The position numbers were made by a program, and so were the translations under genes. A stretch of 63,791 nt of DNA, the filler included, from Aduncisulcus paluster (lineage: Eukaryota): assembly GCA_024181965.1 (NCBI GenBank). It is 4 parts of 4 records of this genome, joined end to end, with 100 filler letters (N's around TTAATTAATTAA, not from the genome) between each part and the next. Parts side by side here need not be neighbours in the genome. Positions count along the whole stretch, not along the records: positions 1 to 22,917 come from BQXS01012421.1; positions 23,018 to 43,610 come from BQXS01012424.1; 2 more parts are not named here. One strand, written 5' to 3'. Below the pieces are notes generated by a model. That model was given only the letters and a program-made list of their open reading frames with translations, searched no databases and was not told the DNA's origin. Positions 11,943 through 23,545 of this stretch are shown in pieces. How positions within the stretch are numbered: position 1 is the first letter of the stretch; each line of letters starts with the position of its first letter.

Positions 11943-13816
11943 AAAAAATTCAAAGAAAAACTCTTTGGAGTTCAAACGCCTCGGGGTTTATTATTATGAG
12001 GGAGGTTCTTCGGGAAATATCCTCCTTTTATTCCTTTATTTGTTATCCTTATAATTATTAATTATTTCTATTTGTTTGAACGGTAATTTCAGTTCACTTC
12101 ACCTCAATCTTCATCGTTAACTGTTTTATTATTATTATTATCAGTTTATTCTTATTATTATTTTTGTTTTAACCGATTATTAATTCATTTTATGAGTTCG
12201 TATCAGTACTTTTTTTTTTTGTTTCAATTCTTCGTAATGTTTTGTTTTTTAGTCCCCCATAAATCTTTTATTTCTATTATATTTTTATNNNNNNNNNNNN
12301 NNNNNNNNATACCATGAACGGTTCCTTAAAGTCCCGATGGAGGATTGCTTCGGCTGGCGCACCTTTTTCTAAAAAAAAATTCAAAGAAAAACTCTTTGGA
12401 GTTCAAACGCCTCGGGGTTTATTATTATGAGGGAGGTTCTTCGGGAAATATCCTCCTTTTATTCCTTTATTTGTTATCCTTATAATTATTAATTATTTCT
12501 ATTTGTTTGAACGGTAATTTCAGTTCACTTCACCTCAATCTTCATCGTTAACTGTTTTATTATTATTATTATCAGTTTATTCTTATTATTATTTTTGTTT
12601 TAACCGATTATTAATTCATTTTATGAGTTCGTATCAGTACTTTTTTTTTTGTTTCAATTCTTCGTAATGTTTTGTTTTTTAGTCCCCCATAAATCTTTTA
12701 TTTCTATTATATTTTTATCTCCTTTCGTGTCGTTATCGATTTATAATATATTTATTTGATGACATTGATCGAAATGAGTCAATATATATACTCTTGGACA
12801 CCTTCTAACCCTGATTAAGCGATATTCGTCTTTATTTCCTTTTTTCTTGTTGACTTTTGTTGACTTTTGTTGACTATTTTGACACTCATTTAATTCTCGG
12901 TTTGTCTCTCCAACATTTTATGTGTGCAATCAATCGAAATAACGTTTCTTTTGTTCATGATAGAGACTAAATATAATGTATTAATTAATTCAATAATCTT
13001 TATTCTTTCTACTCTATAATCTTTAATCTCTAATCTATAATACAACTTCATAAGAGCCTTTTATTTCTATTTATTTTATTAGTTTATGTTGGGGGCGGCG
13101 GGGCACTTCTATCCGCCTCATTTGTGTCAATTTTTATTCCCATTATGTGATATTTCTTGACTTTTTTTTGTCTATTTTTATGGATTTCTCTCTTTGCCTC
13201 TTTCTTTAACGTTAGTATATAATTCAACAAACGAAAAAATGCTATTTTATTTTATTTTATTTGTTTATTCCAAATTCTTCTTCCCACTCCTTTCTTCTCT
13301 ATTTTATCTATAAATTGTTCAATTTTTTGGAATATTTTGTCTTTTTTGTTTCTAAAACAATGTTTTTTTTTTTTTTTTGAGTGATGTGCTTGCAGAAAAA
13401 CAGACAATTTCTTAGCCTTTAGTTGTTTTGCTGTTCCTCAAGTGACCCTCAGTCAATTCTCATTTCATTCTAATTTTAATTTTGAGTAACTTTCTTGATA
13501 TTTTTGATTTTCAGGTGGACCTTTCAACTTCAATAGTTTGTAAGTTTAAGGTCTTATTTATAATCATTAGGTCTTTTGGAAAGAAATATAATATAATAAA
13601 TTGAAATATAATCGTTTGATCTATGTTGCATGATAAAAATGTGAAATTGTCCATCAGAAAGTTTATTATTATAAGTAGAAATTATTTTGAAAAATCCCTC
13701 CCTCTCTCAATTCTAGATTGTAATTGAGTATCTGTGTAATAAAATCCTATATTTCGGAGTAAATTTAATCATCTGACATCAAAACTTAGATGATTTCATG
13801 ATATATTTTAATTATA

Positions 13817-14317
13817 TTACACGAATTTGGCGATCATAGAATCAAGTTGGAACAAAAGGCCTTCTCCGGTAGCAGATTGAACCTTAGTAGCAACTTCGAT
13901 CAAACCTCCGAGTCTTGCTTCTTCCAGTTCCTGCTCTTTCACGAAATAATCCGTAAATAGAACAGTGCCCACATCTTTCTCTTTCTCAGCTGTTTCTCGC
14001 AGGTCAAGGATAGAGGCAGAATTCTTCTCTTCCAAACGCAAAGCTGTCTTCAAATGAGAAAGAACATTGGGTTCAGCAGAAATTGGAGCTTCAATTGCGC
14101 ATATCGACGGTTTAACACCTCTTTCTAGTAAGAAATTCTTATATTTCTTGTAATGCTCGAATTCTTCCTTAGCTTGTTCCGAAAAATATGCTGCAATACC
14201 GCAATATAAATGGAGTTGAGCCCACATTGATAATTGTTCATATGTGATGAAAGCATGAAGCTCATTCATCATCTGTTTGTTAAGTTTGGCAATAAGTGTA
14301 GGAGAGAGTTTTGGCAT
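13817..14317 (-). CDS. Ferritin, non-heme bacterial FtnA-like
   Basis: LNKQMMNE..Y, GIAAYFSEQAKEEFEH, LRLE and FVKEQELEE ferroxidase-centre residues in a 166-aa protein. Confidence 0.9.
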   Translation of the reverse strand: MPKLSPTLIAKLNKQMMNELHAFITYEQLSMWAQLHLYCGIAAYFSEQAKEEFEHYKKYKNFLLERGVKPSICAIEAPISAEPNVLSHLKTALRLEEKNSASILDLRETAEKEKDVGTVLFTDYFVKEQELEEARLGGLIEVATKVQSATGEGLLFQLDSMIAKFV

Positions 14318-14843
14318 TGTTATATTGGTTTTTCAAGAGACCCAATAATCGTGAATTTGTGTCATTTTGATGGAAAAAATTTGATGAGATGTCAATAAAA
14401 ACTGTTGTCCTACGAGATGATAATACAAGTAATCTATTACTAATAGATAAAAGTTTAATTAAAATTTAATGCGATATTGAATTATCGCATGGACTTTCCA
14501 ATTTACCATTCAAAAGGCCACAAATGGCGAAAAGTGAAGAAATCCCTCTAAAATCTGACATTTAGGTATGACCAAAAAAAGAAGTTCATTTTCTCGTTTG
14601 ATTAATTAGTTTATGTAAAAATACATTCTTTTCAAAAAATGAATATCTTTCCAATAGCGGGAAAACCAACCAAACAGATTATCTGAATTCTCGCTTACTT
14701 TATTCGAGATTAAACAATTTAAATCAGCATTATAGTCCCATGTCAACAATATTATAGCATTTATAAAAACATTCTAAAAGATTTCTCAGAAGTGAACACA
14801 CCGAATCCCTTTTTCTCCTCGTAATACATTATTTAATAATTAT

Positions 14844-17800
14844 ATGTCTGATCCATCATCTTTAATCAGATGTAATGTTTCATATTTGCAGAGTAAGTTA
14901 CCATCTGGACGTTATATTCTGGCCTTTGGGCCTTCTCCAAAATATGTGTCCTCCGAGGATCAACCAATGAAAACTACCGATATATCTTCCGAAAAGTCAA
15001 CAAATCCGCAATTTTCCAAAGGCAATCTATCATTTTCATTATCAAAACAAAACATTATCAAAGCTAAATCTCCCAAAGAAGGTCCTAAGCTTACTGAGGC
15101 TGATATTTCGACTTTATCGTTAAGTATTAGCGTTACAGTTGTAGAAGTTAAAGTTGACACTCCGAAATCAATCCCCCATTTCGAAGAAGCCCCCATTATC
15201 GGTCAAGGAGCTCTCTCGGTTCCCTTCAAACGAATTCTTGTAAATGATGCTAAAAATTCCCCGTCGGTCCCTGCGATTGCTATTGATATTAATAAGGTTA
15301 TTATGTCGAAAACAGATGCTTTATCTCCTGGAGAAGGTAATTTGGGAGAAGTTAGGGTTAGAATCGTATGTGTTGATCCCAACTTTAAGCCCCCAAGCGA
15401 TAAATCAGAAACAGATTCTAAATCACCACCTGCTGAAGAAACAACTACTAAAAGTTCAAATGAATCGAAAGAACCGAAAGAATCGAAGGAAGGAATTGAA
15501 AAGAAGGAAAAGGCAGAATCAGATCCAACAAAAAAACAAGATAACGATCCTTCCACATCCTTGCACTCAAACCCATCAACTTCTACAGATAAAACAACTG
15601 CCGAATCCACTGCTTTATCTGCTGGAACGGTAAAGACTGATTCTTCTGGTAAGAAAGTTCACTTCGATGATGAAATTGCCGATAAAGACCATCTTGATCA
15701 CCGTGATTCGAATCATGAAGAGAAAGAAGAGGAAGAAGCCAAAAAAGGAGAAGGTGATGATGATGGTATGGCCCCTGACTCTACCAAAACCAAACAAGGA
15801 ACCAAACCTTCACTCAAACTCCCTCGACGTTCCAAAGAACCCAAGAAGATCCCCTCCCATCTCCCTCCACTCCCTCCATCCTCCATTAGACTAGGAACTG
15901 TCCCATCTCGAACTCCACTTCCTCACGTCTGCGTGTGTGTGGATGCAGTGCGAGGGATTGTGCGTAAACCACAGTCCGAGGATGGAATGCAAGCCAGAAC
16001 AGATTACACAACATTACAAGAATTAGCATTTGAACAACATCTTGAAGNNNNNNNNNNNNNNNNNNNNAGGTGATGATGATGGTATGGCCCCTGACTCTAC
16101 CAAAACCAAACAAGGAACCAAACCTTCACTCAAACTCCCTCGACGTTCCAAAGAACCCAAGAAGATCCCCTCACATCTCCCTCCACTCCCTCCATCCTCC
16201 ATTAGACTAGGAACTGTCCCATCTCGAACTCCACTTCCTCACGTCTGCGTGTGTGTGGATGCAGTGCGAGGGATTGTGCGTAAACCACAGTCCGAGGATG
16301 GAATGCAAGCCAGAACAGATTACACAACATTACAAGAATTAGCATTTGAACAACATCTTGAAGATATTTGTATGAGTGATGATCCAAAGGTTAAGGAACA
16401 GTTTGCAGCCGAACTAAAGAAGAAAGAACACACCATACACACCCAACAAACAAGGTGTAAGAATGAACAGCAACTTTTACAACGATTGGCCTGTGGTTTT
16501 GATCCACAAAGTGTTAGTATATGTATTGAACGTGGACAATTCTGCCGATGCCAGACAACTTCTTCCCCACCTTCTTCTTACACTGGACAGGATCCCAATG
16601 TATCCCCCTTAAATGAGTTATATGATCCCGATACTTCTGATCACCGTGTAATACCCTGTGTTTGTTCTGGAAAGCTCCAATTATCCGAGGAACAAGACTT
16701 GTTGCATTCACATTCACTTGAAGTTCGTGGACTTGGACCCAAGAGATACTCCAAACAAGTTAAAGGAAAAGGCTATGGAAGTGGAATTATGTCGACAACT
16801 CATAGATGCCCTCCTTTATACCTTCCTTTCCATCCTGCGAGTATACGACCTGACCTATGTGGAGATACAATCGACCAATCATCTGCAGCCGCTTTCCTTC
16901 GTATTCATGTTTATTTACACTCTTCATTGCCTAAGCATTTACCTGAACCATCAGCTTTCTTACCATCTAGTGGCTCTTCTTCTTCAACCACAGCCACGAA
17001 TTCTAATCAATCTCAATTGCCAGTGAGAATGTTATTATGTTCTATTTGTCTCCCTTCTTTGTCTTCTCTTCTCCAATCTCCGCTTGAACGCTCCTTATGT
17101 ATTTCCATTCCCAATATTCATGCTCATTCTTCTCCCATTTCGCTTCTTCTTCGCCTCTGCCTCCATCCAGCAGCTCCAATTGCCCCCCCACAAATGAAAT
17201 CAATGGATCCATTGCTTAATCCTTCTTCAGCCTCCTATGGTATCCCCCAATGTGTCTATATGGTACATGTATTAAGAGTCAGGGAAGTGGGGATTCAAGA
17301 ACAATGGAAACGAGCGAAAAAAGAATGGGAAAAATTACAACAGGAAGCCATTTCATCCGCTAATCATGCTATTGCTGAAGAATCTGAAGAAGACTCTCAA
17401 ATTCCTTCCCAATCATCTCAAACAAGTGCGAGTGGTGGTGGTACGAGTGGTGGTGGTACGAGTGGTGGTGGTACGAGTGGTGGTGGTAATACTCAGAACA
17501 AGAAAGAACCAGAACCCTTCCCTCTTCCTCCTCCTCCCCGTAGTCTCAGTGAAGTCCAGCAATTCCCTATATGTGGTGGTCTTATGACAACGGATATCGA
17601 TACATTTGCAATCGTTAGTGGTCTATCTGAACATAGAGCACAACGCTTGTCCCCTATTCTGCCTATTCATGTCTCTCTTGACCAATGCTCAACAATAACA
17701 CACGATATCGAACAAGATCTCAGAGATATTCGGAACAAACGTGACACATTTGAGGATCGAATGTCCCTCGAAGTACCAGGCGCTCTTTCGACACGAATGA

Positions 17801-19947
17801 AAGATGCTCTCAGTGGAAGTCCATCAAGTAGTAGCAGTAGTGGTGGCAGTAGCAGTAGCAAGAAGAAGAGGAAAGCAGCAGATGGGTCTTCTATGATTGA
17901 TGGTGATGATGAAAACAATGAGGATGATATAAAGAGTGGTCTTTCAGAGGATTTATCTTTTATTTCTCTTGTTGGAACCACTCATATCCTTGCGCCTTTG
18001 TCATCTCTCGCCCCACATGCACCTTCCCTTGTTTCTAGCGTGTCTCTTGAATCACATCAAATGTCAGTGCCATCGCAGAACAAGAAGAAGAAAGATGCCT
18101 TTGAACGATCTCTGCTTGAGAAGGCTCGCATTAGGCAAGGCATGATGCCTGGGAAATGGTCTGATAAAGCAACTACACTGTTATTCTCTGCCATCACATC
18201 TCCAACACCTCTGGTTGATCAGAGTGGCACTGCTCAACGTATATATTTAGAACTTAGAGGACGAGCGAATGAATCATTCAATCTATTTATAAAGTCCCCG
18301 CAAAATCAATCTTCCTCTTCCTCATCCTCTTCATCAAATAGTGGTCACAATGATCATGGTTCGTATACTTCTGACCATTATGTGTCTTCTCTGACCACAG
18401 GAATGTATGAACATGTGCCAGATGTATTACTTGGATGTGCTCATATTCATATACAGAGGGATGTCGTACCTTTGTTGAGACGTGTGGGAGGCGCTGGTGA
18501 TGCCGAGTGTGTTGTTCATGGTGTCACATGTGAAGGAGGCACACTAGGTGGAATGCTTGAAATGGATGTTCGTGTGCGTGTAGTCATACCCGCTGCACCT
18601 CCAACTCTGTGTTCCCAAGACCCATTCTTCCTTTCTGGTCGAGTTTCTCAAGTCATGGGCTGGATGCATCCACCTATTCGGGCATCCCCTTCTTCAAAGT
18701 CTCCAAATTCGTCATTGACTATCCCAGATAATATGATGGATGACCGCCGCCGTGTTGCATCATTACCGCCTCATACATTTTATGAAGGGAAGAAGAAAGA
18801 GATTGCTGCTCGAAAACGAAAGACTCAGAGTGCTTTGATGCAGATCCATCCAAATCAAGCCAGAAGGATGCACCAACAACAAACAGGAAGGACAAGATTA
18901 GGTACAGTGTTGGAAGAAGATGAGCAAGATGATGTTATTCGTGATGGACACATGATGCTTGAAGATGATCTTGGGCAACTTCAATCGACTCTTGATAATG
19001 TATCCGGACGTTCTTCACGAAACAACGTTTCTAAACAACATGGGATGCATATGGAATCAGAGTATCTCTCTCTTGATGGAGGTCCTGACGTTGGAGATCA
19101 TTATGCAAGGAAACCCACAGCCCCGTCGGCATCTGCTCTGATTGAATCTCTCCAGTTTCTCAAAGACACTGCGCATGATGAATCTGTAGCTATTATTAGA
19201 ATGGCTTTCTCAAGTTCTCCTGCAACATTACTTTCTTCTTTCACATCCACACAGATTGCTCAGTCATTATGTGTTTTGTCTGAAGCTCAAGGAAAAGTCG
19301 CACATGCTTTATCTGAACAACGTGATTACGGTGAGAGAATGGAAGCTGAGTTCGAGGAACTCAGTGCTGAATTTAGAACATTGAAGTCTCGGCATCACAC
19401 TGTCAAACGAACAGCTGTGACTCAACAGAAAGTCATTCACACCCTCGAAGATCGGATGGCTGCTTTGAAGAAATCTATTATCAATCTCCGATCTGAGAAA
19501 GATGGGTTAGTCGCACAATTGGAACTGGCACTGAAAGAGGCATCCCGAGCAGGTGGTCTTGTGGAAGGTGCAAAGAAGGACAGATTAGGAAGAGAAAAAG
19601 AGTTGGAAGAAGCCCATGAAGAGATGAAGAGAGCTTATCAAGCAGAGATAGATGCATTGAAGACTGAAATGAGAGTATTTACAATGGCAAGAGAAACAGA
19701 TGGGGCCAGTGGACATACTGGTGGTGCAGGCCATGCTTCATTTTCATCATTATTATCATCCTCAAAGGTTGATGAACTCCCTTCATTCGAACGGGAAAGA
19801 AAGCCATATTCTCCACATGCAAGACAACGTGATGTTCACGGTAGAGCATCATCTCAGGCTTTCCACTCCCCTCTTCCTCCGATCCATCATCAATCAGGTG
19901 CTTCTGGTTCGACAGCTTTTGGAAATCGGTTCCAAGATATATTTTAG
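14844..19947 (+). CDS. Large low-complexity protein with C-terminal coiled coil (unknown function); one gene split by a gap with duplicated overlap
   Basis: ORFs 14844-16073 and 16030-19947 share an identical ~300 bp overlap across gap 16048-16067. Ser/Gly repeats (SGGGT x4); heptad-rich region ~19290-19680. Confidence 0.7.
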
Positions 19948-20365
19948 GGGTAGTTTGGGCGTGTTGTATTAATATATAGTTTATTTTATATTTCAAATAT
20001 TTTGGTTTTGTTATTGTCTGGTTGATACAGACCTTTTTTCTGTTAGTGCTTAATACACAGCTTTATCCTATTGTTTATGCAATATTTTTTATTTATCAAT
20101 TGATTATTACCTATTTATCAGTCTTGCGTTTTAAATAAATCCATAGAAGCGGCTATAATAACTTTCTGTCGAATAAGGTGTTTTGATCGTGTTTTTCAAT
20201 TATTCCATGTCTCTTTTATTCATTAAAGAGCTGCTTTCGCCCGATATTCTGATTTTCAAGAAGAAACTATGATTATAAGGCATTGATGTCTAGTTTGCCG
20301 TCAGATCATGGATCTATTGACTTCTTGATTCCACATTATTCTTTTCCTTTTTTGTTTCTGAATTT

Positions 20366-22126
20366 ATGAAATTATTTCAATTCATTTGCCTCATTTTTAT
20401 TTCATTTTTCGCTTTTCAGGCTGTAATATGTGCCAGCAATGATGATATTCTTTCCATCAAGCGCCTCTTTCTTTTTGAAAGTGGTCGTGCATTTATTGAG
20501 CAAAAACATGATATTGATGGCGATGGAAACACCGAATATATCCCATTACTTCCTTCAGTGCAAATCGATACTCTATTCATTGATTGTAATGATTGTAATC
20601 TCTCTGAAGAGTTACTCCGCCCAGAACACATCCCATCTCTGCTTGAATCGATGAAAGGCGCCAATGTAACAATATATTCTAGAAAACTAACACCAGAAAC
20701 TGCTGACACTGTTACTACTTTTTCTGGAAAACTTTTAGAGCACACAGGCAGTGGGTTATTCCTTCAATTAGATGATGGATCTATTTTCATGGTTCCTGAG
20801 TATGATGCAATCAAATCTATGTCAAGCGATGAATCTACAACTATCCATTCTTCTCCAATACCTCAACTGAAAGTTAAACTGAGGAATAATATGGAGTTAA
20901 GAGATCTTGACGTGTCCTATATTGCCAATGGATTCAAATGGAAAGCCTCTCACCGTGTTGTTATTCCATCCGCTGCCCATCCTTTCCTTCCCCCTGACTT
21001 CCCAGTGCCCCATTGTCCTTGTCCTCTCCCAATTCCATTCGAGAATTTCACGACATCTTTCAACACAATTGCTACCATTACGTTGCCAACAACGACTCCC
21101 ATGGATATCGAAGATTTATTCCTTGTCGTCGGTGAAGAAATCAAGAAATTCAACGAATCGGGCTCATTTAGAATGAAATCAAACGCCATGTATGCTCTGG
21201 ATGTCTCAGCTTCTGCCGGAATGTCTGCTGAGTTTGAAGAAATCACTGGTTCTCACGTTTCATCTGGCTCTGATTATTTTGTATATCATATCCCATCCTC
21301 TAGGCTAGATCTGAGTGATTCACATAGTACCTCTACCTCTAGAAATATCAGAGTACCTCTTTCTTCCCCAAGTACTTTGTCAGTTGTCCGTGAATTGAGT
21401 TGGACTCTTAATGATATTCTCTTTGATGTATCTGACAGTTCTTCTTATCAAGACATTGAAGAAAACATCGCTGATCACGTTGACCGTCCATTGCAGATTA
21501 TAAAGATAACCAACAACTCTAGTATTCCTATACCACCGGGAAGTGTGGTAATTGGCGAGAAAGACTCAGTTACAGGTGATCATACACCCATTGGAGAAGC
21601 TGACTTGGGACGTATTACTGTTGGTGGTACGACTACATTAGCTCCAGGCCGGAAGAGTGGGAACATTCAATGTGGTGTTGCAAGATTATCACATGAAACT
21701 AATCGTGTAAAGAAGTTTATTGGGGAAGATATGACCTGGGATGATAGTTCAATGAGGTTAATTTGTTGGGAGGTTATACCAAAAGATATTGTATGTAACA
21801 ACAGTTATAATGTTCAATTATTCGAGACTATTGAGAAATATGCCCCGAAAAGGACTGTAATTGGGAAATATCAACATTATTCAAACCGAGCCACCATTAA
21901 AGAGAATGCTCTCAAACGTGATGGTGCTGTGTATAAAACAGGAGATGGCGTGGAGATTGTCAATGGTCAGAGAAATATCCAGTTTAATTTCGACATTCCA
22001 CCTCTATCATACGAGGAATACACAGAAATCGATGATTTAATGTGTACTGAGCAAAGCAGTCTTGAAGTTTATAAAAGATTACTTATTGACACAGAAGTAT
22101 CCATTCATCTCGAATATGATTATTGA
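20366..22126 (+). CDS. Secreted DUF4139/DUF4140-like protein
   Basis: Signal peptide. LFESGRAFIEQ, LLESMKGANVTI, LDVSYIANGFKWKASHRV and IKITNNSSIPIPPGSVVI resemble DUF4140/4139 motifs. Confidence 0.6.
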   Translation: MKLFQFICLIFISFFAFQAVICASNDDILSIKRLFLFESGRAFIEQKHDIDGDGNTEYIPLLPSVQIDTLFIDCNDCNLSEELLRPEHIPSLLESMKGANVTIYSRKLTPETADTVTTFSGKLLEHTGSGLFLQLDDGSIFMVPEYDAIKSMSSDESTTIHSSPIPQLKVKLRNNMELRDLDVSYIANGFKWKASHRVVIPSAAHPFLPPDFPVPHCPCPLPIPFENFTTSFNTIATITLPTTTPMDIEDLFLVVGEEIKKFNESGSFRMKSNAMYALDVSASAGMSAEFEEITGSHVSSGSDYFVYHIPSSRLDLSDSHSTSTSRNIRVPLSSPSTLSVVRELSWTLNDILFDVSDSSSYQDIEENIADHVDRPLQIIKITNNSSIPIPPGSVVIGEKDSVTGDHTPIGEADLGRITVGGTTTLAPGRKSGNIQCGVARLSHETNRVKKFIGEDMTWDDSSMRLICWEVIPKDIVCNNSYNVQLFETIEKYAPKRTVIGKYQHYSNRATIKENALKRDGAVYKTGDGVEIVNGQRNIQFNFDIPPLSYEEYTEIDDLMCTEQSSLEVYKRLLIDTEVSIHLEYDY

Positions 22127-22483
22127 AATCCATTGATCTGATCATACATTTCTCAATTTACGAGTGAGTCCCAAGAACTCACATCTTCGAAAAGTCTCTA
22201 TCAATTTTGAATTAAATCGCAAAAATATTTAAAATATTATACCAATTTTGATAAATAAATCTGTTACATTTTGCTCATTAAATGCTCTTTTGGTATTTTT
22301 CCAGTTTCTGAGTCGTATAGCCCTTTTGAAAATGATATATGCATGATTTATTAGTGTTAGTCATATTTAAAACTCGTTCATACCAGTTTCAGCATGAATA
22401 AATACACAGATGGAAGAGTTATCGAAGTCCAAAAAAAATCCGAACCAAATTCATTATAAACTTCCTGTTTTGCTTCAATCAAA

Positions 22484-22917
22484 ATGGTGTTCCCTTGGTC
22501 TTCTCCTAAAATCACATCCCCTTTACAAGGAAGAGGTGGTAAAACTCTGATGTCCTTCTTATCCCCCAAAGAAATCGAAGAGTTGTACACTGCCCAATTC
22601 CATCGTCGTAGTCGTCGTGGTACCACCTACGATGCTGAAAGACCTCTTACCCCTGAAGATTTGAGGATTCTGAACCAGTTTGCTAAGCGTCTCACCTCCG
22701 AATATGTTGGAGCCAACATTATTATTGTTACCGGAAACAAAGATATTGCCACCATGTTCAAATTGGGATTTTTCTCCTTTGCCAAGAATCCCGTTGGTTG
22801 TGTCATTTTCAATTATGACGAGAAGAAGATTTCCCTCGAGAATGCTTCTTTCTGTTTTGAGCTCTTCATCTTGAAATGTACTGCCATGAAGCTTGCTACC
22901 TGCTGGATGGCTGGTAG
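22484..22917 (+). CDS. Nitroreductase (TM1586-like family), 3' truncated at scaffold end
   Basis: RRSRR FMN-binding motif and ENASFCFELFILKCTAMKLATCWMAG signature. Confidence 0.8.
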
Positions 22918-23017
22918 NNNNNNNNNNNNNNNNNNNNNNNNNNNNNNNNNNNNNNNNNNNNTTAATTAATTAANNNNNNNNNNNNNNNNNNNNNNNNNNN
23001 NNNNNNNNNNNNNNNNN
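22918..23017. other. Artificial scaffold linker (N-TTAATTAATTAA-N, stops in all six frames)
   Basis: Identical 100-nt structure occurs three times in the window. Confidence 0.95.
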
Positions 23018-23545
23018 GTTGGAAGTGCTTGTTTAACAGGAACGTATAACGATGGGTCAATTTGGGAGTGTCAAGACTGTCCTGGTGGTACAGACTGTGT
23101 TATCGATGCTGTTGGAAGTGCTTGTTTAACAGGAACGTATAACGATGGGTCAATTTGGGAGTGTCAAGACTGTCCTGGTGGTACAGACTGTGTTATCGAT
23201 GCTGTTGGAAGTGCTTGTTTAACAGGAACGTACAATGATGGGTCAATTTGGGAGTGTCAAGACTGTCCTGGTGGTACAGACTGTGTTATCGATGCTGTTG
23301 GAAGTGCTTGTTTAACAGGAACGTATAACGATGGGTCAATTTGGGAGTGTCAAGACTGTCCTGGTGGTACAGACTGTGTTATCGATGCCGTTGGAAGTGC
23401 TTGTTTAACAGGAACGTACAATGATGGGTCAATTTGGGAGTGTCAAGACTGTCCTGGTGGTACAGACTGTGTTATCGATGCTGTTGGAAGTGCTTGTTTA
23501 ACAGGAACGTATAACGATGGGTCAATTTGGGAGTGTCAAGACTGT
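23018..23545 (+). repeat. 93-bp coding tandem repeat, ~5.7 near-identical copies (VGSACLTGTYNDGSIWECQDCPGGTDCVIDA)
   Basis: Units start at 23018, 23111, 23204, 23297, 23390 and 23483. The variants seen are synonymous. Confidence 0.95.

Noticed and set aside
11880..12718. ~410 bp direct repeat of the cyclin 3' end and UTR
   Set aside because: The copies abut a 20-N gap, the same overlap artefact seen at 8734, 16048 and 31595.
15751..16364. Apparent internal domain duplication or two-gene split
   Set aside because: Overlap duplicated across the 20-N gap; a single gene.
17430..17487. 15-bp SGGGT repeat, plus GK (495-547), poly-D (44013-44040) and ATD (44380-44420) repeats
   Set aside because: Ordinary coding microsatellites.
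22918..23017. TTAATTAATTAA palindrome within N runs (also 43611-43710 and 61156-61255)
   Set aside because: Artificial six-frame-stop linker joining scaffolds. Gene adjacency across it has no biological meaning.
23018..23545. CRISPR-like regular repeat
   Set aside because: Contiguous 93-bp units with no unique spacers, in-frame coding, eukaryotic context and no cas genes.
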